Source: Styela clava (Eukaryota). Taken from it: DNA of 64,000 bases. Positions within the stretch are counted from its first letter, which is position 1. Each line of letters begins with the position of its first letter. Positions 33,001-46,262 of the stretch are shown here, piece after piece. The stretch covers positions 1 through 64,000 of the forward strand of contig NW_027556593.1 in the NCBI RefSeq assembly GCF_964204865.1, given 5' to 3'. Made by a program: the position numbers and the translations under genes. The notes under the pieces were generated by a model that saw only the letters and a list, made by a program, of their open reading frames with translations, did no database searches and was not told the origin of the DNA.

Positions 33001-33141
33001 ACGATTCCACCCCTTAAAAAGGCCGTTTTTTGGCTCTATGACTGGGCAAAAACCCGATTGCTCCACTTATTGGCTAAAATAGGGCATTTTTTCGCTCTTC
33101 CTCAAAAAGAGGCTAAAAATATTTTGAAAGGTCCCCCCTCT

Positions 33142-33169
33142 ATTATAACATTAAAAATTAAAAAGTCAA
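33142..33169 (-). promoter_or_regulatory. Sigma-A promoter, extended -10
   Basis: TTGACT-16 nt-TATAAT preceded by TGT. Confidence 0.65.
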
Positions 33170-33709
33170 GGGTTTTTTTAAATTATTTTATTTTTTTTTT
33201 AAAAGGGGCGGAAAATTCCAAAATGAGGCCCCAAAATTGGCTTGGCTATCTCTTAGGCTGGCCAAAATGATACATTTAAGGGGTCAAACAGAGACGAAAG
33301 GAGAAGGGGAGGAGCTAACGGGTGGAAGAGGGCACGAAGTGGGGCAAAATGGCACGAAATGAGGGCAAAGGCTATAAAATGGCATAAACAGGGCACAAAA
33401 TGAGGGTACGAGGTCACAAAATGAGGATAGGGAGGGGGAGGGTGACAACCCGGATTTTATTTTTTCATTCCTTGTTATATCATTTTTTACCCGCGCCCTA
33501 TTTTCGCTTTTCGCTTTTTCGCTTTTCGTTGCGTGCCCCCCCTAAGTTTTTTCTCGTTTCTGTGCAGCGCCGCCCCTATCGACGCCCCCCCCCTATATTT
33601 TTTCGTGTTCCTGTTTGGCCGGGCCCCTACTTTTGGCCACTTCGTGGCATAGCGAAAAAAAAAATAAAAAAATAAACACTATTTGATTTTTTAACCAGTA
33701 TACTATCTT

Positions 33710-33860
33710 GAGGAGGGTTGGTGTTTACGCGCCAACGTACCTTACCGATCCCTTGTTTATCAAGGGAGCATAATTGGTCTACGTATGTAGCCCTGACCAC
33801 GGTGCTATTAATGTCTCGGACGTTTTTAGCGTAGTCCGCTCCGGCGTAAAACGGACGGGC
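33710..33860 (+). ncRNA. Putative multi-hairpin ncRNA upstream of tRNA-His
   Basis: GC-rich stems GTTGG/CCAAC, TCCCTTG/CAAGGGA, TGGTC/GACCA, CGGAC/GTCCG. Confidence 0.4.
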
Positions 33861-33868
33861 TATTTTAT

Positions 33869-33945
33869 GGTGAGTGTGGCGAATCGGTTAACGCTCCGGA
33901 TTGTGGGTCCGGTACGAGTGGGTTCGACTCCCACCGCTTACCCCA
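33869..33945 (+). tRNA. tRNA-His(GUG)
   Basis: CCGGA-TT-GTG-GG-TCCGG; G-1:C73; CCA. Confidence 0.92.
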
Positions 33946-34072
33946 TTTTACAGAAACAGTTATATTTAATTATAGAACAAACCGCCAGTTTGGCGATGCC
34001 CACGGTTAAGTTCGGAAGAATTTTTAGGCGTCAAAATAAGTAAAGGAGAATTGAAAAACCTAATATAATATT

Positions 34073-34681
34073 ATGGAAAATATCAATACAAACAATAATG
34101 CAGGGTCTAATGAAAAAGACACTGGAACTGTTAACGCAACAGTTGGCAAAAAGAGTTTAGATGTTCTTACACTTGAAAACGAAAGATTACAGGAAACGTT
34201 GAAAAACAAAATCACTGAAATCAAGAATCTCGAAAGAATCAAGGCTGAACATTTGGAAATCATCAACCGAGCCAAAGATAGCCGCAGCGAACAAGATATA
34301 CAAATCGAGCAATTGCAAAAAAACAATGATGACTTATCAGGTCAACTTAGTTCAATGAGATTGCAAAATGAGTTTGTTTCGAAAGGCGGAAAAATTGAAG
34401 AATTTGATGACTTCAAACGTTTAACTAACGGGGTTGAACTTAAGGAAGAAGACTGAGGACGATACCAAGATAAGTACGCCGGGTCTATTTTTAAACCTAA
34501 AGAAACAGAACAACCGATAGTTGAACCACTAGCACAAGTAGCCGCAGCACCTGCACCAGGTTTCCAACCAACAGGAGCCGAAGGAAGACGTAATGTCACT
34601 TCGGACACCTTATTAAATGACGAAGGAAACAAAGTGCAAACTCTAGAAGATTTTCTCGGGCCTCCACCATCAGAAAAATAG
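34073..34681 (+). CDS. Putative capsid scaffolding protein (202 aa)
   Basis: Acidic coiled coil with Pro/Ala/Gly-rich tail, directly before the capsid candidate. Confidence 0.65.
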
Positions 34682-34747
34682 TTTTTCGCTCGTAACCTCC
34701 GTAATCGAGTCATAAATATTTAACATATTATAGGAGGAAAAAAAATT

Positions 34748-35770
34748 ATGGCAAAAGTTAATACTAGTTTAGAATCCTTATTAACTGTTAAAGGTGCTGG
34801 AAGCGCTTATGATGTTCCATCTACTTTAACGGAATGACGTCGTTGATTACCAATGCTTGGTATCACTAAGTTAAGTCAATTAGGTTTTTATACTTTCAAA
34901 AATGAAACAGTGGCCGGATCTTTCCGTTTTGTCGCTGGACAAAGAATGATCCCTCGTAAATATACGGTTGAAACAAGCCGAGCATCTTACAGGGACGCAA
35001 CACGTGGTATCAAATTGAACCATGTCGCATATGCAACACTTATCGTTGGATTAGATCAACACTACGAAAACGGTGTAACAAGTGAAATGTTCGACGAAAA
35101 ACGATTTAAAGGAACAGCAGATTTAGTCTTATGATCAGCAAGTACATTCTATGATACTTACTTATTATCAATCGACTTATCATGATTTGTTAAAGCAGCA
35201 GATATCTTAAAAGATACTTCAAGTGGAGCACCAGATACAGTTTTGGTTCTTGACGCAGCAACTATCGAAATCAATTCGAAAGACGCAGCAACGAAGTTTA
35301 TTCGTTTGGTAACACAACACTTGATTAAACTTGAACACTACGTGGACAGTTACGGAAAAACACGTACAGAAGACATTAAAATTGTTATTTCGCCTGTGTT
35401 CGAAAATCTTTTGATCACTGCCGCTACGGCAAGCGCATTCAACCCTAACTTCTACATGAAACGTGAAGGTGGATCGCAAATCTACAAATACTCTGCCCAA
35501 GTCCATCACTTCTTAGGAAGAAATATTGCAGACAATGTCTACGTTTCTGACTCAACAAAAGCTGTTGATTTATCGAAATGATTATTGATTGCGTCTGAAT
35601 ATAAACCCGACGGAACAGGGCCTATTTGTACAGTTGTTGGAAACTCACATATGATTAACATTGCAGCTTTGGAAGCTAATCAAAACAGAGCGATTACATT
35701 CAAAGCCAGTTATGGTATGGAAATTTTCGACGCCTTGAAACCAAGAATGTACGGAATCCGTACTGCCTAA
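34748..35770 (+). CDS. Putative major capsid protein (340 aa)
   Basis: GGAGG RBS, size, position after scaffold, C-terminal YG motif. Confidence 0.65.
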
Positions 35771-35850
35771 TCAGGTTTCACAACACTAGTGTTCAGGGTT
35801 GTCACTAACGAAAAAAACAACCCACCTATAGGAGAAAAAATACATAAAAT

Positions 35851-36312
35851 ATGAGTACAAAAGTTAATTTAAGACCAGATGACATTTTATTCGGAAAAGA
35901 ATCATTATACGATATCGTTGATGGTTTTATGCATCCGATAAATGCCAATGGCAAAGGTAAGGGCGTTTATATTAAACTTCCTGACTATTCATTTTTTGAA
36001 ATTGAACTTGTAAAACCAAAAGCTGATAATTTCAAAGAAGTTAGTGTTCGTTTACATATTTATTATATGCAATCAAAAATCATCCGTGTACGAGGGAAAG
36101 AAAAATCAATTCCTGTATCAGAAATAAATTACGCGACTGAATGATTTGGATTGAACATATTACAATTGGATAAAGAACAAACACTTAATGATATCAAAAG
36201 AGTTGTTGATTCACACCTTCAAACAGTAGGTAATGACAATTATCAATTGAATATTATTACAAAAATAGAAGAAACGATTCTCGAAAAAAAAGAGAATAAA
36301 AAAAAGGAGTAG
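35851..36312 (+). CDS. Hypothetical structural-module protein
   Basis: Code-4 ORF with AGGAG RBS. Confidence 0.65.
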
Positions 36313-36318
36313 AGAAAA

Positions 36319-39300
36319 ATGGCAACACGAGTATACGAATTAACGGAAGCACCTTATATTTCAGTAGCGGATTTTAAAAAATTTTACGCTAGAGAATATA
36401 AGTATGAACCAAGCGACGCGGAAATCCAAGCGGTTATCCAATTAGCTTTCACAAAACTAAACATGTTTGTAGGAGCAAAGGCTATCAGTCAAGAAAGTTT
36501 GAACGAGGCCCAACCTGACCCTATTAAACGGGACTTTTTCAAGGAAGCTATTGGACGGTTAGCGGATTACTTTTTGGACATAGGTATTTACGACCAAGGA
36601 TCACATAATTCTTTTTCTTTCGGTCAAATTAGCGCCAGTTCAAATAACATCTATGAAGTCGAATATGTTCCAAGAATTGTTCGTCAATTAATCGAATATA
36701 GTGAATTGTATACTCCTTTTGTCACTTTGGACAGTTCCATTGGGGAATGTTCTACAGACGTAGATGCCAACAATGTTGTTGATTTTTTCGATGCTTTCAT
36801 TACTCGTGATGACGCTGTAAAATTAGTCGACACAATGAAAACGACACTTCAAGAAGAAATAGGTGTTCGTTTACATAATACTTTAAATGGTACTGATATG
36901 TCATGACATGTTAAAGCACCAATTCCATTAAACGAAACAATCACCAAAATTTTAACAGATTTTGATGAATCAACAAACACACCCAAATATAGTTTGAATG
37001 GAGAACTTATTAATGATCTTAATCTAGCAACAGAAGATTTTGTTTCGCAACAATTCAAATATCTTGACTCAATAAAATACACTACAGATCCTGTTTATGA
37101 ATCTAAAGTGTTAGTCGATTATATTCATAGTGCCACAGAAGGTGGACATCATTTCTTAGCTGTAAAAAGAGAAGACTTGATTTCTCACTGAAATTTGGCA
37201 ACCGAAATATTTGTTTTGAAAGAAATTGAAAAACGTCATCCAACTAACGAAGAGGTTGACGAAGCTGTTTCAACACTTATGACTAAACACAGTGTTAATT
37301 TTATTAAAGGGGACATGACAGAGGATATCGTTTCTCATTTAATAACATTGGATAAAGAATTGGCTACTGAATACGATCATAACGACTCATCTACATTGGA
37401 TGATATTGAACCTCTTACTCTTATTTCATATAACGACGAAATATACATGATGTTTGCAAAAAACACAACATCTATTTATTTAATAAACAAATACAAACGT
37501 GAAATTTGAAGACACGATATAAACACTCAGTCAGAAAATCTTAATGGAACAAAAGTAATTTTAACTATTAAACAAACAACTTTGGCTATTGATTATATTA
37601 AAAATAATAATAATGCTTCGGCTCCTACTCTTGTTAACTACGAGTCAACCTTATTAACAGAAGTTTATGACAGAGATGAAATCGAAGACGGGTTTATTCC
37701 ATTTTATACGGCCAATAAAACATTTGTCGGACATAAAACAGGAGCTCTTGAAACAGGAATCGTGTTAATCGATCCTAAAATAAAAAGTGCTGATGACAAT
37801 GGAACACTGTTGCATCATCCTTTAATCGAAAAATTATCTTCAACAGATAGAACATCGGAATTCTTAAAGTCTCTTTATTATTTCGAAAAAAATGGCAAAA
37901 TGTACATGAAACAAGTTAAGGGTGACATCGAACAATTATTATTGTCTGAATCAGGACTTAACACTGTACATTCTATTTTACATAACAACACAAGTTTTGC
38001 ACCCATAAGAGACACTTATAACAAAGCTGAAATCGATAGTAAACTTGATGGTATACTACGATTAGATGATTTATTATTAAACGAAACTACTTTACCTTGA
38101 ACACAAGTTCCAACAGAAAGTCAAAGAACAACATTAACTGCTGTTTTTAAAGTTCCTAAAACATTTTATGGATTAAACGTTGGAAAATGAGGAAGCGATT
38201 GAGCTTACAATCCTTTATCACTTCGTACAGAAGAAAAAGTTTATCTTTATAAATTTAATAACTTTGGAACACCTCAAACTTTAATTGAAGACATTTGAAG
38301 TTTATGAAAAAAAGATACCGCTGAATTTCCTTCAAATTGATTAGAATTAACTGAAGATCAAAAACACGATGCGGCCTTAAAATTTGTAAATAAAATATGT
38401 GGTTCGAGTTACAAAAGAAGTGACTTTGAACACATTGGAGGTACTGTTTCAAAATTAGATCATATTAGTCCAATTAAAAGAAGCGATTTAGGAAAGCTTT
38501 ACGAATATTTTGTTCTTTCACAAAATCCTCCAGTTTTCCCATTTGAGTCTAATTTCAGCACACCGCAAAAATGATCTGACGAATATGGCTTTACAAAAGA
38601 ACAATTCTATAATCATTTTGTTAAAAACACAATTATTACAGAACATATTAATAATATTGTTAATACCAAAGGTATTGATGTATCATTAGAATCATTTTTA
38701 GAATGAAAAACACCGTTAAGTGACGCGCAAATCGACCATATTAAAGAAGGTGTAGTTTCTTTCGATACGACTAAATATGACACATACAAACCCCTTGATA
38801 AATTTGTTTATGACAACGAAGTATATGCTGTTGTAACTCGATCGGCAGATGATTCGAACTGAATTATTATATCTTTATTTAAGAATATAGGACCTATCGA
38901 AATAAGAGCAAATGGTGACAAAGTACTTATTACGGAATACGATAATACATTACCTAGTCCATATAATTCGAGTGGGGCAAATTTGAATTTACAATACGTT
39001 TGTTCGATTATTTCGTGAATCAAACACGTTCAAGAACATCCGATTTCTGACGCAACACCTCAACAAATCAACGAAAGTTATCACAAAAGATTTACATTCC
39101 TTGAAGGTCATTTACCAACATTTCCTATTTTCACTACTGACGACGGAACAATATATGGTGTAAATGCTCTAGGTTATTTAAACGAGACTTTTGCTAAATT
39201 ACATCAAATCGAAACAGGCGAAACCGTTTATGCTACAAAAAAAGACACTTATACTAGACCTCAAATTGATACAAAAATTGATTCTATTTTCAGAACTACA

Positions 39301-42300
39301 AACCCTTTATTATCAGAACTAAGATTATTCTGAGAATCAACACCAAGTGAAGCTCAAAAAACAGCCTTATTATCAACTCTTAAAATTCCTGAAACTTATT
39401 ATGCTTTAGAAGAAGAAGGGTATGGAGGCGACTACGCAACACAACCTTTGAGTTTAAATGTTGGAGACAAAATAAATATCTATAAAATCCTTAACTTTGG
39501 CGAAAAAACTCATGTTATCAAAGATGCATGAAGTTTATACAAAGGACCCGGTGATTGAGACGATTTGACTGAATATCAAAAACGAGCAACTTTATTAGCT
39601 TGAATTAATGATATATGTAGTTCAACTTACGTGTTGAGTAATTACACAAAACCAGATGGTGAAGTCGAAGAGTTAAGTCATATTGTACATATTAAACGAA
39701 GTGACTTAGGTTTACTTTTCAATCATTTCGAAACGGATAACGATAGTGATGTAAGCGAAGTAGATGGTATTGTTAAAACACCAAAACTTTATAGTGAAAA
39801 AAATCATTTACAAAAAGAAGATTTCTACAACTTACTCAGAGGAAAGATTGAAAACTTAACCAAAGTGTCAATTGATTCTTTCGTTGATTGAGAAACACAA
39901 CTTACAGATGCTCAAATTGATTTTATCAAAGAAGACATTCATGCTTGAGATCAAGCTAAATTCGACGATTACAAAATATTCGATTTATTTACTTATAATA
40001 ATCAAGTTTACATTTGTTCTCGTATTTTAGGAACTAATATCTTTGCTATGAATTTATTGAGAAATCAAGGAATCGTAACATTTAATAAAACTATAGATCT
40101 AGTAGCTTTTCACGATGCAGCCGTAACAACAATCCCAGCACCATTTAATACAAATTTAGCAAACTTAAGTTTAAAATATATTAACTCATTATATTCATGA
40201 ATTGAAGATCACGATAATTCAGCCATTTCAAACCCCGTACCCGGAAGTTCAGTATTTGGTGATTGAGACTCTCGATTATCATATACAACTCCAGAGTACT
40301 CAAACTTCCCTACACTACCTGTGTTTACAAACAGACAAGGTAAGATTTTTGGTGTTAAATCATATAATTATTTAAAAAAGTTTTTTGCTTTAAAAACAGA
40401 CGTGAAATCACATACTACGATTGAATCTTTCCACGGATGAAAAGAACAACTTACAGATTCACAAATTAATTATATTCGTGAAGAAGTTGATAATTATGAT
40501 GAAAGCAAATTTAGCGAATATAAACCATTTGATTTATTTAATTATAACAACAATCTTTACATTGTAGCCAACAAGCATAACGATAAACATTTGTTCGAAG
40601 CAGTTAGTTTATTACGAAATGGAAATGTCTTAGAATTTGGTATAGGCGATGTGGCTATTGTTGCTGGAGGAAGTTTTAGTACTACAATCGAAGCACCTTA
40701 CAATACCGATTCTGCTAACTTGAATTTACTTTATATTAATTCTATTTATTCTTTCGTTGAAGACCATCAAAGTCACGTAATATCCAATCCTGATTTAAGT
40801 AATCAATTCCACAATCGTTGACAAAATCGTTATGATTATATAACGCCTGATTCTTCAAACTTCCCAACTATACCTATTTTCACTAATAGTAAAGGAAAAA
40901 TGTTTGGAGTTGATGCTCATAATTTTATTAAAGAATATTTTGCTGAAAAAGATAACGTATATACTCGTCAACAAGTAGACGCACAGTTAGATAATCGTTT
41001 GTCTGAAATAGAAACTCTAATCGTTGATAATGAATTATTACCTTACGACGCTGACACAAACCCAACAGGGTTAAAATGAAACGAAGTACCGACAGGATCT
41101 CAACGTGGAAAATTATTAAAATTGTTAGGTATTGAAAGTGAATGATGAGGATCTCGTTGAACATACAATCCATCGCGATCTTCTATAGATGTAGGGGACA
41201 CAAGAATTGAGAAAGTTATACCTTTTACAAAAAACAGTGAAATATATGATGTATTAGATGAGTTGAATACTCCTGAATTAAGAATTGCTCGAGTTAATGA
41301 AATCTTAGGGACTAATTATACATCTCCACATTCTTCGGTTTATTGAAGAACTGGCGATATTCAAAAATTGATTGATAGTGGACGACTTTATAAAGCCACA
41401 CCCACTTATGAATCAGTATCATATTACGTTTCGCCACGATGATATTCTGAACCTAATCATCTAACTCAAGATGAATTTTTCAATCTTATCAAACAATATA
41501 AAGCAGATCTAGTTACTAACTTACCAGACGAAATTAATCACAAATTATATGCTAAAATTAAAGACGTTTACAACAAACCTCAAATCGACGCAAAATTTGA
41601 TGGAATTCTACGAACTGAAGATTTAATATTAAACAGAGACACTATTCCTTGAACTACAATCCCAAATGCTGAAAAACTTCAAACTTTAGTTACTGTTTTG
41701 AATACAGAAGCCGAGTATTATAGTCTTGTTCAAGAAGGTTATGGAAGTAACGTAATTTCGCAACCTCTTTCTCTTAATGTAACTGACAAGGTAGATATCT
41801 ATCAAATCTGTAATTTCAAAGAAGAAAGTTGTGTAATTCGTGATGTTTGACAATATTACAGAGGACCTTCGGACTGAGATGATTTAACAGATTATCAAAG
41901 ACATTTAGCTTTATTGACTTGAATTAATAATCTATGTGGTTCAAGCTATACATTAAGTAATTATATTAAAAAAGATGGAAGTACAGATGTATTAAGCCAT
42001 ATTATACATGTTAAAAGATCTGACTTAGGGAAAATCTATACAGAATTTAGAGATGCTGATCCAACTCGATCAACTGAAGTACAAAATATAGCAAGCACTC
42101 CCGAAAAATATTCAGCATTGAATCACTTAACAGAAGATGAATTTTATGACTTACTAGCTGACAAATCTCTAAACGTGAAGGCTGTTAACAACGCGTCAAT
42201 TGAGTCATTTCATGGTTGAAACGAACAGTTGACAGATGATCAAATTGATTTCATAAGAGCAGAAGTACCTGTTCTTGACATGACTAAGTTCGATACATAC

Positions 42301-44112
42301 AAGGTTTATGACTTGTTTGTTCAAGATGACGAATTATATATTATTGCTAATATTGTTGATCCTAGTTTGTACTGTATTAATTTACTAAGAAACTATGCTG
42401 TTATAAAATTTAGCAAAGATGGAAGTTCAGATTTAATTGGATCTCACGGTCAATTCGTAGAAGAACCTTTCAATACAGATGGTGCTAATCTTAGCATGAA
42501 ATATATTAATTCTGTATATTCGTTTGTTGAAGACTATCAAAATCACGTTATTTCAAATCCCGACCCTCAAGACGAAATTGCTCAATCATGAGAAAATCGT
42601 TTCACTTATCTAGACCCATCAAGATCAAACTTCCCAACAATACCTGTTTTCACTAATCAAAAAGGAAAATTTTTTGGTGTTGATGGTTACGATTATTTGA
42701 AGAATTTCTTCGTTCTAATTGGAGCTAATTATACAAAACACCAAGTAGATACATTATTAGAGAACCGATTGTCACCATTAGAAACAAAAGTTGTTGATCT
42801 AGAATTAGAACCTTTTGATGAGAATAATAATGCTGAAGGTTTGAGATGAACTGACAGACCAACAGGTTCACAAAAAGATAAATTGGTTAACATATTAAAA
42901 GCACCTGCAACTTATTCGGCACGTTTTAATTACACAAGTAATGTTTATTTTATAAGTAATAGCCAACCTTTAACAATATATAAGTATTTACCATTTGAAA
43001 AAGTCGAAAAATACTCTTCTGGATTAAATTACAAAGAAACAAAAACTATATTACAAAGAATAGCCCATGTTAATTCTCTTCGTAATATAGGTGGATCTTC
43101 TAGCAGTTATGGTAGATATAGACCAATTAGTTCATCAGAAATTGAAACTGTTTTAGCTAACGTTGACTTTCAATGAACTAAAGGAGCCGATGATTATGAT
43201 TCAACACATGGCGAAAACTCACCGCAAAGTTATTCTAAACGACATGGTCTTACAGAACCACAATTCAGACATTTAATTACACAATATGAAGCAAAAGTGG
43301 AAGGTCAAACACTAATCGAAAATATCGGTAACGACAATATAACAGATGACTACTTTAAAGGTCTAGGTAACACCGAAATATTCGACACAGCACGTAGTCG
43401 TCTTGAAATGTTACACACCCCTCATCCATGAGTAGAAGTTTTAGGTACGGGTTCAGCAATTACAAAAATGGATGCATCAAACAATATTGAAGCAGACACT
43501 TACTACGGTCAAATAGGACAAAAAACAAGTTTCGCAATCACTGACAGAGTAGGAACTCAATTAAAATACTTTAGTAACTCGTTTTTTGTTAGCTTAAATA
43601 CTGGTAGTTCTAAAGAATTTAAAGATGGATTGTATTCTTTTGATATCCATATCGAACCTCCTCTTAATAAGGCTAATGTTAGATGACATTCATTTTTAGT
43701 ACCAAGACAAACTAGCGACACAACAAACAAAACTTTTCAATATTTATCAACATCTGACAATATTAACCCAAATGGTTCAATATCAAAAACATATTTCCAC
43801 TCTACTTTAAAATCAGCGAGTCCATGACAACTCAACTCAAATCTTTTCAATCACTATTTCGCAACAAAAACGGGGGTTAATATTAAAGGGAATCTTAAAT
43901 GAACAAAGGCAACTGGCGACTTATTATACTGAGGAGATATCTGATGATTAGTAAACAACGACGTTTGACGTCATCCTTTTTACGTTTACTACCATATGAG
44001 AGACAATGTTGCTCTAAGAGATATAAAATGAACATTTAACGCTAATGGTAATTATAATTTAGCTAAACCAACAAAATTTAACTTAACAGTTAGAAGAGAG
44101 AGCGGACATTAG
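36319..44112 (+). CDS. Giant modular virion protein (2597 aa): adaptor-like N-terminus plus repeats
   Basis: All plus-strand track ORFs from 36319 to 43686 share one frame and are joined by TGA; ends TAG at 44112. Confidence 0.8.
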
Positions 44113-44122
44113 ATGAAAAGAA

Positions 44123-44491
44123 ATGAATAGTATTATGAATTGAGATAAATTATATTGAAAATTTTTAGCAGGAGGCACAGCTGTTTTCGGCGCAACTCAA
44201 TTGTTACATATTAAGGATTTTGACTTGTGATGACAATTACTTATTATTATTGGCATCCCTGCTTTTGCTTGATGTGTTTTTGCTTGTTTGTTAACTTTTG
44301 CTTTTGTTTTCGATCGAAAATATTCAACAAAAGACTTGACAATAGAAAAAGCTAACGACAAACAAACACAAGAATTGAAAGAATATATAGACAAACGAGT
44401 TAACGGTAAAATAGATCGTATTATAAAAACTATTGACGAATATCACAAAGGAGATGACAACAATGAACAAAACATTAAAAATGATAATTAG
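44123..44491 (+). CDS. Membrane protein, holin/lysis candidate
   Basis: N-terminal hydrophobic segments, charged C-terminus. Confidence 0.5.
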
Positions 44492-44648
44492 TTTCGTAAT
44501 GAGTTTTGCGAAATCACAAATCGACGAAGTGGCAATTTATATTATTAATAAATACGCTACAAAAACTCAAAAAAACGATATCTGTAAAAAGATTTCGTGT
44601 GGTTGCATAAAACCAGTAACAAAAACCAAGAAAAATAAAGGAGCGTAA
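44463..44648 (+). CDS. Small basic amphipathic protein
   Basis: AAGGAG RBS; MNKTLKMIISFVMSF... Confidence 0.55.
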   Translation: MNKTLKMIISFVMSFAKSQIDEVAIYIINKYATKTQKNDICKKISCGCIKPVTKTKKNKGA

Positions 44649-44653
44649 ACGCA

Positions 44654-46252
44654 ATGAATACAGAACAATTACTTCTAAATACATACCATCATTATTTAAA
44701 CAAAAGAAACAAAAACGAGGACAATTTATATCGTTACATTGATTTCCCTGCGGTTATTGCCGATTTGCACGTTAAATTATTGTTTGGTAAATCTTTTTCA
44801 TTCTCAACGGAAGACGAAAAACTACGTGAATGATGAAATGATTTCGTGGAACAAACTCGTTTTCAAATCGTCGTAGAAGGGTTAATTCGTAAAATGGCAT
44901 TGTATGGAAGTACTGTTCTTGGGTTCACAAAACTCGAAAATAAAGAACATGAAAAATGCAAAGGTTTTCGAATTTTCACCAACAAACCACGTTTCTTAAC
45001 ACAAATTGTTTGAGAATATCAAACACTTAAAGCCATTTGATTTACCAGTGAAAGAATGACCGACTCTCTTCGTGAGATTTTCATTCGTGAATCATGAAAC
45101 AGTGACGGACAAGTTCGTCGACAATTCTTCGGATCAGGAGACATGTTACAAGCTGGTAGCCACAATACAAAAATTGGTAAAAACAAAGACGGAACATCTT
45201 ACGTTCGAGCCATACAGGTCAGACAAGTTGGAGAACTCCAAGAGGCCCTTGGAAAAAACGAAGCATGAGAATCCAAAGAAAACCCGTTCAAAGACAATCA
45301 TGGCGATTATATCATCCCATTTGTTGATTTTTCGCTCTGACATGCTAATCCTAAACCTCCATGATTACTTGCTAAAGGTTTAATTGACCTTTATTGTGAT
45401 AAAATGGATTTTTATAAAAAAGAACTTAAAACATGTAAAACAATTATTAGTATTAATTTGGACAAGAATAAAGCTCATGATCAAATCAAGAAAGATTTGG
45501 AAGCCAACGGGGAATTAAAAAACCATATTATAGTAAACACAGGTGGGAACGCCGCGTCAGATTCAGCTCCGGTTTTGGAATCTTTCCAACCACAAAAAAA
45601 CTGAAAGGAATTCGACGAAAGTATTGATTCAACATTAAGCTTAATTTGAAGTTTGATGGGATTCAGTTGACCTAGTCAAAAAGATACAAGTACTGCTACA
45701 GAAGCTCGTTATAATTATTCAAACCAAGGTTCGACAATTCAAAAGAAAAAAACAGCCTTGGATCAAAACTTGAATATTTTCTTGGATTTGATGTTTCAAG
45801 CTGCCGGTTTTCAAGACCCGCAATTTACATTCGAACTCCATGATAGTAATTCAGTAATTATTGACGAAGTTTTAGTTTCAATAATGCAACAATTATCTAA
45901 TTACAATTGAATTAGTGATGTTGATGCTATTGCTAAAATTTTCAACATGCCTATCCACAGAGCACAAGAAAAATTGGATGCTATTAACGAAAAAAGAAAA
46001 CTCGACTGAGAAGCCAACAGAGAGTTTCGAGAAATGACAACGGGAGAAGAAGAAGGTCCTTTGTCTAAACAAAGAAGCGGTGAAAATGGCTCAGTAGTTG
46101 AACAACAACCGAAAGGTGCTGGACGTCCTAGAAACGATTCTAAACGAGAAGTCATTGAACCGTTAGATACTAAACAAAGAATAGCTAAATCATCAAATGA
46201 AGGAGGAAAGAAAGGTGGTGTTCGTCGAAGAAAAGAAGTTCATCGAAACTAA
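44654..46252 (+). CDS. Putative portal protein (532 aa)
   Basis: AAGGAG RBS, continuous code-4 frame, size and context. Confidence 0.6.
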
Positions 46253-46262
46253 ATAACATATT

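Larger units (their letters stand above)
1..45313. mobile_element. One complete ~45.3 kb unit of a code-4 (Mollicutes) tailed phage genome, circularly permuted
   Basis: TerL, portal/capsid-like, PolB and helicase genes; position 1 (atcccatttgttgat) recurs at 45314. Confidence 0.9.
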
